Positions 26,655 through 37,830 of a DNA stretch of 64,000 nucleotides are shown here, one piece after another. The DNA comes from Chiloscyllium plagiosum (taxonomy: Eukaryota), in contig NC_057751.1 of NCBI RefSeq assembly GCF_004010195.1, positions 11,024,831-11,088,830 on the forward strand, in the 5' to 3' direction. The translations under genes were made by a program, and so were the position numbers. Every line of letters starts with the position of its first letter. Positions within the stretch are counted from its first letter, which is position 1. The notes under the pieces were generated by a model. That model made no database searches. It was not told the origin of the DNA and saw only the letters and a program-made list of their open reading frames with translations.

Positions 26655-28734
26655 CCGACTCCATTTTATGGTACATCATGTAGGCTTCCAAAATTCTCAA
26701 AGTGCGCAACAGATGGAAGTGCATGTTGGAGTCAACATGAAGCTCCAACAAGAGCCTTCCTTTTCCAAAGTCCTTAATATCCATCCCTATCAGACAGGCA
26801 GTTCAACATCCAAATTCTCAACCAAAAACAAGAAAAAACAACAGATGTTCAGAAAAATAAAAACTTTGTCTGGGTAATCATTTAAATCATTATTTATTGA
26901 CTTGGGATGTGTTGCCTCAAGCTCAGTAAAATCACATCAGCCTCAACAGCCATACATTTACAGTTTATACCCATTTACATTTGTTCTGATGCGCACCTCA
27001 GGGCCACAACAGAAGAAAATTCACCACAGAACAATCGTGAGATGAATTATTACTTGTGATGTGTTATCACAAATGATAACAGGGCCACAGACATCAACAC
27101 TAAAAATAAACATAACACACTCCAAAATGTAGTCACAGTTACTGTAAATTGAGAAAGAATCCAGGAAACTAAAATTATTTGCAGTCTCAGTTCCCAGTAA
27201 TAGACATTTTGATTCTTTCCAGTTTCCATTGAGATGATCGATGAAACATCCTGTCTTGTTAATTCACCTTTTTGACATTTCTGTAGACTAACTGCACATT
27301 AGGGGTACCTGAAATTAACATTGCGTTCACCACACAATGTTGAACTTGGAACAAAGAAAACAGGTGTAACAAACCAAACTGACTTGGAAACTAAGTGAAG
27401 CAAGAATTCCATTTGGAGTGAGTCACACTCCACTAACATATCACCCCCCTCAACACTGGAATAAACCGTAATCTCAATAGAATTGCTGTGGTGGGAAATT
27501 AAACCAACCTACGCCCACGTTCTGTTGGCTTCTAGCGATCAAAGACATGGTTTTATCACCATGACTTCTTGCGATTTCTGACAGACAGCAATCATGGAAG
27601 ACAGATGCTAACCCCAAAGGAATACCGCCACCTCAAGGAAACCCCTTGGAAAAGGGTTACAAACATGTTTCAAGATTTGAGAAAGAGCATGGATGAGAAA
27701 CAAAGGAAGAGAAATCAATTCCGGTATGAATTCCAAGGTCAGAGACTGGGAAAATTGCTCTTGCAAAGCAGCTAATACATTTTAAAAAGGTTCATCTGTC
27801 CAACAGTCAGTTCAAGTTAAATGACTGGTACTATCCTTTCTCATATAACTTCATGATGTGAGGATATACACTGTTTCTACCTATCCATTTCTTCAGATAA
27901 TTAAGTAAATTAATACATTTTCATTATGACTCATACTGCTTTGGGGAGGAGCATCAAAACATTGTCTTGCTTTACTGAAATCAGATAAACTAACTTGGCA
28001 AGAAAAAATCCACAGTGACGTCCTCTAGAATTAACTGGCTAAAACAATTAAATATTCACACTTCGGATATGCATTCAGATCAATTTTTGTTTTAAAGCAT
28101 TAACTAGCCAATTCAAATAGAATGTTAACAGGCCTAATCCTCTGTATCAGCCATACATAGACCATGCATTTGCTCTCGAGTGCAGGTGAATAGAAAAGAT
28201 CGATCATTTCCGACTGCTGTCCAAGTATGACATGTGTTATGCTCTGGAAGCAACAATAAGATGCATTTATATCACGCCTCGAAAGCATTTAAAATCCCAT
28301 GCTGCTGCCCAGGAGTATAATCTGACAAAATATGATACCAAATCAATAAACGAGATATTGAGACTGATACCAGAGAGATGAAGGTAAAACTGCCAACACC
28401 AGAATGGATGGAGTGCACATAGTTCAAAGCAAATTCTCGGTGCGTGGTCAGCCTGGATGAAGTTAGAGAGATGGGGAAATGTGCAGGTACTCAGAAATTT
28501 GAATACGGGAAAGTTTGTATTTCTTTTAAAGATGACCAAATATGTCAATACAGCTGAGAAATAAGTTTGAGAGAGTATTGTGCAGGTCGGAATATTAACA
28601 ACAGCTTTTTAAAATGAGTGAAACTCGATCTACTGTCAAAGATGGGAGGAAGCCATGATAGCTCTTGCATCATCTAAACTGAGGGAAACAAAAGCTTGGA
28701 TGACAGCTTCTGCACAGATAAGCAGAGACACCAG

Positions 28735-28956
28735 GCGAAAGTGAGGACTGTAGATGCTGGAGATCAGAGTCTAGATTAGAGTGGTGCTGGAAAAGCACAG
28801 CAGGCCAGGCAGCATCCAAGGAGCAGGATAATTGACGTTTCGGGCAAAAACCCTTCATCAGCAATGTCCTGATGGGCTTTTGCCCGAAACATCGATTTTC
28901 CTGCTCCTCCAATGCTGCCTGACATGCGGTGCTTTTCCAGCACCACTCTAATCTTG
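28735..28956. mobile_element. Short fold-back Penelope-derived element with TSD
   Basis: Inverted copies of the terminal-repeat unit; TSD aagcaga(g/a)acaccag at 28720-28734 and 28957-28971. Confidence 0.85.
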
Positions 28957-29636
28957 AAGCAGAAACACCAGTGATAGTACAGAGGAACAGTAAAAAGTGG
29001 TGCTTTTCATGAAGCATTGTGTTCAGCTGGGCTTCAGATAGGACAGTCACATTGCAAACTGTGCAGCTTCCCCCCAAGACAGTGGTCAGGAAGATAAGTG
29101 CAATCAGTACCAATTGGTCTTTCTGATATTTAATTTGTGGGGGGAAGGGCAGGGTGATTAAAGGGAAAAGAAAAGTTGTTATTTTCTCGAGTCAGGGAGT
29201 TGCTTCCGCATACACAATGGATCCAAAAGGTAGGGGTGGAAACTACATTTTGACAACAAACCAAACACAATGCCTGGATTGTCAGATTCAGGGTGCGTTA
29301 AACACAAGAACACTTGTGTGTCAAGAACAGAAGCAGCAGATTATCTGTCTCAGATACTGCAATGTCAAAGAGGTAAAAGCATTCCCATTCTGGACAAATG
29401 CAGAGACAGTTTGACCAACAGTAGCAAAGCATAATGAAAGAACCAAATGGACAAAAAACATTTTTAAAATACAATTTATACCTAATGCTTTCAATAAATA
29501 TTGTGGCATAAATGTACCTTAACTTGGTTGAGTTACAGAACATTTTTAACATTCAATCGAGCAAGTGACTGGTTAGAATTCACGTTAGAAAAGATGGCCC
29601 TACCCATTACAAGACCCGCTCAACAAAGAGGCATAC

Positions 29637-30317
29637 CTGGACAACAGGGTTTCCATACATGACTTTGCAGTCTTCAGGCTCCACTTTGACAGCTTTGTAT
29701 TCCTGGCTGTCAGTGGTGGTAGAATCATGCTTGCTCCTTTTCTTTTTCTCCCGTTTTGGTTTGCGAGTCACTGCAGACTCAGCAGCCTGAGCCTGCTGCT
29801 CATTCAGGAGATCACCACAGAGTGAGGACTCAAACAGTGCCTTTCCATTGTGGTAAGTTTTAGTGATGCGCAATTTAATCTCTGGAGAGCCCGTCTTCTT
29901 TGGTGTGACAGGTTCAGGAACAGGAGGAGAGGGTGCTTTCTCCTGAATCTCGGGCTGTTTCACCAAGTGGTTTCCCGCTGTGCAAGATTCAGTGGAACTG
30001 ATATTCTTACATGTTCCGTAGCCATTGGCAGATCCATTGGGGAGCTGGGAATATGCTGGGTGCTTGTTTGGCGTCTCATACATGTTAACATTGGAGTAGC
30101 CATTGGTGACTGGTGGGATATTATCAGCACCAGAAGCAGGAAAGATAAACCCTTGCTGGAGGGAAGCTTCACAGGATTGCCCTCTGTCTTCCCTGATGCC
30201 ACTGCTGGCATTGAGAACATCAGGAACCTGTCTCATATTGGCTGAATCAATAAGTTGTTGCGGCAGTTGAATCGTGTTTCCCATGATACCTTTCATGAAT
30301 GTGAACGAGAGATCCAT
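29637..30317 (-). CDS. NSD3: NSD3 first coding exon (N-terminal region with BRD4 ET-binding-type motif EIKLRITKTYHN); whole exon incl. 5'UTR is 30361-29637
   Basis: Translation MDLSFTFMKGIMGNTIQLPQQLIDSAN...PKKTGSPEIKLRITKT...LFESSLCGDLLNE closely matches the vertebrate NSD3 N-terminus. Acceptor TTCCACAG|G at 30362/30361; donor CAG|GTATGC at 29637/29636; 681 coding nt, phase 0. Confidence 0.96.
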
Positions 30318-33300
30318 CGTGTTGCCCCCGCATCCTCAACTTTCCCTCTCTCTTGTTGAGCCTGTGGAACAATGACAACACAAAATGTTTTTTCACTCTT
30401 CACATCAATGCACAACATGATCGTAACTCTCATGTAATGCAAGGCCAACTCCAAAATGATTCACTCAAGACACAACGAATCATATTAACTTGCTCAAGAT
30501 TGGCTTGACTGATGATACCAGTTGTATGGACAGTTGTGCTGTAAACACTCAATGCTCTACACCAAGTTTACCGAGCCTTTAAATCAACTCATTTCAAAAT
30601 GATCACATCTCTAACAGGATGAAAGAAAATACTACATACAGTTGGGAATTTAACCAGCACTGACCCCCTACTTAATGCCATATGGTATGATCATCCAGCA
30701 CCACTCTAATCTTGAAGCAGAAACACCAGTGACAGTACAGAGGAACAGTAAAAAGTGGTGCTTTTCATGAAGCAAGAAAACTGCTTTCCATCATGATACT
30801 AAGATTTTAATAATATGAAATGTTCCAAGAAACACTTTTCTGGTCCAAAAGAAGGCAAGTAAATTTTGATTCCAAGCAGTCATAGAGATGTACAGCATGG
30901 AAACAGACCCTTCAGTCCAACCCATCCATGCAGACCAGATATCCCAACCCAATCTAGTCTCGCCTGCCAGCACCCGGCCCTTATCTGTCCAAACCCTTCC
31001 TATTCATACACCCATCCAAATGCCTCTTAAATGTTGCAATTGTACCAGCCTCTAGTTCTGGACTCTCCGACCCCAAGGAAAAGACTTTATCCATTTATCC
31101 TATCCATGCCCCTCAATTTTGTAAACCTCAATAAGGTCACCCCTCAGCCTCTGATGCTCCAGGGAAAACAGCCCCAGCCTGTTCAGCCTCTCCCTATAGC
31201 TCAAAACCTCCAACCCTGGCAACATCCTTGTAAATTTTTTCTGAACCCTTTCAAGTTTCACATCATCTTTCCGATAGGACCCCTATCGTGTGAGACAAGA
31301 TGAGGAGGATTTTTCAAATTATCCTAACTTCCACCAGAATTTCTTTCTTCGATAATCATTTTTGACAATCAACTATTTTTTTCCTGAGACAGTCTTTCAC
31401 ACGAGGAGTTTCAGACTCTCTGCAACGCACCTAACCAGTTACAATGAGTAAAAGGAAACATACAATGGCCCCTTAAGAGTCATGTGTTTATTCTGCTCAA
31501 TAACTGTTGTCAATCTCATAATATCAATTGTTACTCCATGGAAACAACTGTACTACGAACAACTTCCATTATTCCACACCATATTGTCAGACAAATGGCT
31601 CGTACAGGCTGGACTATTTCAAAACCAGGAACACTAGGAATGAGTCCAGGTCAAATTTCATGTGAACGGGAAAAGACTGTTGCATGAAGACAAAACCCAG
31701 CCCTGTGCACAATCGTGCAAATTTGGTACACTAGATGAGCCTTGTCAGCAAGAATGGAGCAAAGCTTCCCTTGAAGTTGCTGTAGTGCACAGGACAGCAG
31801 TACAACTACACCTTAGGTCCAGTATTCCAATGGTTCAATCTCTAGCTTTAACAGGGAAGACAAAACCCTATATAGCCACGTTGCAGGAAGTAAAAGAGAT
31901 GATTAAGGGAAACATTCTCTCATCTAACTTGAGCATTGTTCATGATGGAGGCACACTGCCTCCACTCTGTTCTAGTTAATCAACATTCAAGACTTGATTT
32001 ATTCTACTGTGAAATCCTTTTCAGATTTTGCCTAATTGCTGTTTTAGAACTCTTGCTCTCAGTGTATGAGACTTGGACAGTGAAAGGTCAGACAAACAAA
32101 ACAAAACTCATCCCAGGAAAACCAGACCAACCAAACAAAAAACTGGACAAACCTAAAACATATAATGTACGTAACAGGACAAAAAGACATCCAAGGTTGC
32201 TAGTCAGAATGTCTGATCACGTTCACTGTTTACAGAAATTGGTTCGGAAAGGAAGTTGAAATACAGTGGAATTATTGGCAGCCAATTGGATTTGTTTGAA
32301 AATGATACGGCTCAGCATAGAAAACGATGTGTAAAGATGTTTTTAACTACAGAACTATTCTTCCAAGTAAAAATGACCATCATGACCATTTATATGTTGG
32401 AACAGGCACACAAGAAACACCAGCAAAAAGAACATCTTTTTAAAGTGCTTGCGATAAACTAGAGTGAAACAGATAACCAATGGGTTTTTGGTTCCCCTGC
32501 AATTCATATGCTGTATGTCAGAGAGATATAGTGGTGAGGTGGGGGCGTGGAACACGTGTGTCTGTGGGGTTAGGGAATAAACAGAGAAGACTGTGGGAAA
32601 ATGGAAGAGTGGGATTATTCAAACCCACAGCTATTTATTTGTAACCTTCAAATGGAAAGTGGAGGCCAAATTATTGATCAGTTATTACAAGTTTCAGACT
32701 CCCATATCTGCCAATCAAGTTTGCACTGCAGCTATAAGACTTTAGCCAGGGTACTTTCCAGTATAAACCAATGAGTTTCTAGGTGAAGTCACAACTGAGT
32801 GCTTCCTGCTAATCCACGCCAAGAAACATCAAACGGAAATCATTGTACTGTACTTCCCATTGGTTCGTCCCTCACATACCCAATTACTTATTCTGCCTAT
32901 GCAAGAATAGGAAACTGCTAGGAGTTTGCTATTTTTAAAAACATCTACAAACAGCACAGCAACAACACATTTTACGGCAGCACTTACGTAACAAAGATAC
33001 AGCCAGAACTCCAACTGCACAGAGATCAGCTGCAATCTGTATCACTAGGATCAGAAAATGAGCCGTGAATACAGGGGTATATGTATTGCAGTACATGCAA
33101 CGGCAGATCCTCATCAGGCAGTAATTAGACACAATAACCAGAACTCAAATTACAAAGGAACAATTGGAGAAAAAGGGGCGGAAGGGTGGTTCAAAAAGCA
33201 GAGGTTCTCAACATCACTGTACAAATACTGAATTTCTTGAAGGTCTAAAATCAAACAATGGAGTGAACACCCAGGACAACCTATACAGTATCCTTATTTC

Positions 33301-34189
33301 CTATGTGTCTGCTCATGTCACTCATAACTGGCAGATGTTCCCCCTCAGGGCACAAGATTACAGTCAAGGCCGCATTTACCTTTTTCTATAATTATTATTT
33401 GCAAAATGCACAGCAAATCCATCAACAACAGCAGAACAGCAAGTAAACGTTCTCAAGGAGGAGACTCGGCAGACCCAATGAATGTGGAACAATGGATTTA
33501 ACTGGCTTATTCACAAAGATAATTATTATCAAATGTTGCAAAGTGCAATATATAAAAATAATACACATCAACCTTACAGGTGATTCACTTAGGAATGATC
33601 CTCCCTGCTCATTCTCACCACCTTTCTTCTCTTAGAGTCATAGAGATGTACAGCATGGAAACAGACCCTTCGGTCCAACCCGTCCATGCCGACCAGATAT
33701 CCCAACCCAATCTTGTCCCACCTGCCAGCACCTGGCCCATATCCCTCCAAACCCTTCCTATTCATATACCCATCCAAATGCCTCTTCTTTAAAGTATTCC
33801 TGAAAGGTAAACTATTGGTCATCAACCCTCATGGATCCTTGTGTAACTCATCAATTTTGGTTTTCTGACACTCCTGTCAAGTGCCTGGGTACATTTCATT
33901 ACGGTTAAGGCATTGTACAAACACTAGTTTTTGTGGGTGACAACAAAGACTGAACAACACTGGTCTCTCAAACTTCAAACTTGGAAATTGACCAAGTATT
34001 CAAGTTTTACTCAAATGCTTTATCCGATAGATATTTACAATCCATTAAAAATCAGAATTCAAAAACTAGACTTTCTCAATGAACAAACTCAGTCAATGCT
34101 TCTTCCTTAATTTAAAAAATACTTCAGCTTTCTACTGTTTCTTTGTTTAGTTCTTAGGAGAACTCACTCAACATCCGAACATACTTGGC

Positions 34190-34325
34190 AGCTTTGACAA
34201 AAGGTCAGTTAGACTCGAAATGTCAGCTCTTTTCTCTCCCTACAGATGCTGCCAGACCTGCTGAGAATTTCCAGCATTTTCACTTTTGGTTTCAGATTCC
34301 AGCATCCACAGTAATTTGCTTTTAT
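34190..34325 (+). repeat. Older related terminal-repeat family (also ~19145-19265, 26060-26270, 43440-43545, 44905-45000, 60690-60860)
   Basis: Recurring ...gaaa(c/t)gttaactct...cacagatgctgccagacctgctgag...ttccagcattttc unit; some copies are fold-back. Confidence 0.65.
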
Positions 34326-37300
34326 TTTTTATTAAGAACATACATCATAGCAAACACTGCATTGCTGAATATATTTTCAATCAACACTGGAAACACAGTT
34401 TTTCTTTTTTTTCAAATTATGGGAGGAGCATGAACCGACAAATTAATTTCAATCAAGGAATGGCAGGTCTACCACAAAGCTCCCTGTATATTGCAATATT
34501 TACATAGAATTCCCAAGTGACCTCATGCAAATGAATAAAACACCTAAACAGACTTAATGATTTAATGTACCAAATAATCCCCAGATACCAGCAAAGTCCT
34601 CAGGTTGTACTTGAGTCTAGTTAATATTATGGTAAACTGTGCAAACTAGGTAGTTCTTTTCTTTACAACATATACAAATTCATGATTGATTTTTTCTTTC
34701 AAACAATTTTTCTGTTAACAGAAGTCAGCTGTAGTCTAAATGGAGCTGAATAATTCGATCACACTGCAATTGGCTTCTTAGTTTACCAAGTTGGGGGCGG
34801 GGGGAGTGGTGGAAGAGTAAAAAGAAAACGAGATTGAGTTATCAGCCAGGCTGTACTCTGGCAGGGCCTACAGAGATCTACGCATGCAGGGATCAACCTC
34901 AGGTTGAAGAGAGAAAATGGGATTATTGAGAGAGTGCCCTGTTTTTTTTTGGGGTGGGGGAGGCAATGAAAAATCTCAATCAGCTCAAAACTGCAGTAAT
35001 TTACATCACCATCTCATATTACCAATTGATGGTTTGCTTCTGAAGGCAATGCCTACATATTTGTGGTGATCAGCTCAAAACAGAACATCAGAAAAAAATT
35101 AACAGAGATTGGCAGCACAGCACATCAAGTAAAAGAGTGATGGATGACCTTTTCTCCTGAATAAGAAGCTGCTTTATCACTGTTTTTTGCCCACTCTGAA
35201 TCGAGAATATGGTTGCTGACATGTGTCCCCTTCCCCTCTGCAGCAATATGGGGCATTCTCCACAGTTGAAAATAAATCTGTTCCCAGATGTGCAGTGAGC
35301 AGCTGAGCAGTTTGTTGGTGCACTGAATGACTCAGCTGCTCACGTTCCCTCCCTCCCTCCCTCCCCACAGAGAGCCAACAAGGACAGGAACTTGCGTGGT
35401 TTCTGATCATGAACCCACATCCTTTCCCTCTACATCATCTGCACTGTTAGGCGCAGCATTTTAAAACACCACAAACATGGAAGCACAGATAGACACTACA
35501 ATCCTTTGCTTATGATGAAATAAAATTCCCTTCTGAAATAAACAATGCAAAAACTAGACCTTCTTGAAAAACATCAATGGAGCCATTTGAAAAATTGTAG
35601 CACCATTGTCATCAGAAAAGCCAGTCTGGTGACAAGGACTGTATTCGTCACAGTCTTCTCTGAGCAGAATGATATTTAGTGAAACCACATTACCTGACAT
35701 ATAAAACCGGTTTGGTCAGAAACACATTATTCTCTTCCTCCCCTCCATTTTATTTGGCTAAAAAGCATCAATGATTTGGTGCTTTACCAGGGAGAAAGGT
35801 CTGACATGCAAAAGTGAGGGCGAGAAATTATCTTATGGCTCTACAAGTTTGGATACTATCTTTTCTAACAAACAATCATAAACATCAATTTCACTTCGCT
35901 TTAATCATTTTCAATCATATTGCAACAATCTAATTCAGTGATGTTGCTCCATATAGAAAAGCCAACACGGTCAATTTCATACTACTTCAGATTGTATCAT
36001 CGTACTGAACTAAATGGATTTAAAAGCTTCACTGATCAGTAAAGGCTGACTAAGGATTTTAAACAATGCCGTGTTTGGGAAACAGCTATGTTGCAACAAA
36101 CTTTATTTCCTCCCTCAATGCTCTCTCAAGGGTCAGCCATTTCACGCTTGGGTTTGGGTCCACAGGAGTCCTCCTACATCTCATCAAAACAGCCCTTCCT
36201 TATGGGTGAACCAAGATAACAAGTGTGATTTTCCAACATCCCTTGCAAATTGCCTAACAATGTACTCAGGAGTATTTATAAAGCACACCAGAGACAGTCA
36301 GTGGTAGTAGAACTACCACACAGCTGTTCTGGTGAGTAGACCAACATGGCACACAGAAATTCAAACCGGGTAAACAACAGCTCATGTGCAAAGCAGGAAG
36401 TGATCTGTTATCCATCTCACATTCTGAGTTATCGCCCAGGTGAAACATTCTCTTCAGTTAACTATTGACCTCACTGGAATCAGACTGTTTTGTTCAGCAC
36501 CTAAATCCCAACAGTGTCAGACAAGAGTTGTTTAAAGTGCTCATGTAAAAACACAAAGCATCTCATGGATAAAATCAGGGCGGAGTATGAATCTGAAAAG
36601 TCAAATGTCAATGAAAAGCAGAAGGAAAAAGGATGAAAAGGAAGGAGGCTAAAAACAGGGCTGATCAGGGACAAAAAAAATGACAATCTTATGGAGGCAG
36701 AGGGCAAGGCTGAGACTGAAAGAGCAGTATCCAGTCATCATGCAAGAAAAGGATGTCAACGCAATTACACAGAAATTGCAGGAGACCTACGAACTATTAC
36801 TGAGCAACTCTAGATCATGGCTGATCATCTCCCTCAAAGTCACTTTCCCACAGCATCCCTATATGCTTTGAAATCTACTATTTCTAGTAATGTATCAATC
36901 TCAGCCTTGAACATCATCAATAACTGAGCCTCCACAACCTGACGTGGTCGTGATTTCCAAAGATTCCCACCCTGAGTGAAGAAATTCCCCTTCATCTCAG
37001 TGCAGAATGTCAGTTCCCTTATTCTGAGACTTCTCTTCACCAACAAACGTGTCAAACGTTGTACAGCCCTTTCGTGGAGGAAGAGGTAATACAAAAAAAA
37101 TTAAATTGGCAAACAGTTCATATGGTGAACATACTTAAAGGATTATCCATACCCCAAGTACCCATGGCCAGGAAGATACAGCATCTGGTATAAAAGGAGT
37201 GATGGCAGTGCTGGAGCCATCATCGTTCTATTGTCTTTGGGTATACATCAGTCTCAGAGGCTAGGAGGGCTGTCATACACAAATATGCAAAAAACACAAG

Positions 37301-37664
37301 ATAACTCAGGAAACACAGGTCAGTAAGCCTAAAATTACTCTCAGGGAGTCAGGAACCTGCAGAAAAGAACGGTTACTTGGAAAAAAATGAACTAATATGA
37401 TACAGCTGCTGTTGAATTTTTAAAAAAGATTTGGATAGGCAAATCGGATTTTGTTGTTTGATGAAATGTTGAAAGATGTTGATGTGGTATACATGGACTT
37501 TCAAAATCAATGAGGAGAAAGAAAGTCATCCATTAGTTTAACAAAACTGACGAGAAAATTGCAGCTACTTGTATTAAAGGGGTAATGGCAGTGTTGTCAC
37601 ACAACTGGCTCATAGAGTCATAAAACAGGAGAGTTGCATAATAGTTGGACAGATACAGCAGAGT

Positions 37665-37830
37665 CTGAGGAGCAGGAAAACTCAACGTTTCGGACAAAAG
37701 CCCTTCATCAGGAATCATTCCAACATCGATTTTCCTGCTCCTTGGATGCTGCCTGACCTGCTGTGCTTTTCCAGCATCACTCCAATCTAGACTCTGATCT
37801 CCAGCTTCTGCAGTTCTCATTGTCACCTAT
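37665..37830. mobile_element. Short fold-back Penelope-derived element with TSD
   Basis: Same unit, partly inverted; TSD atacagcagagt at 37653-37664 and 37831-37842. Confidence 0.85.

Noticed and set aside
29850..30245. 131-aa plus-strand ORF
   Set aside because: Antisense shadow of the NSD3 coding exon.
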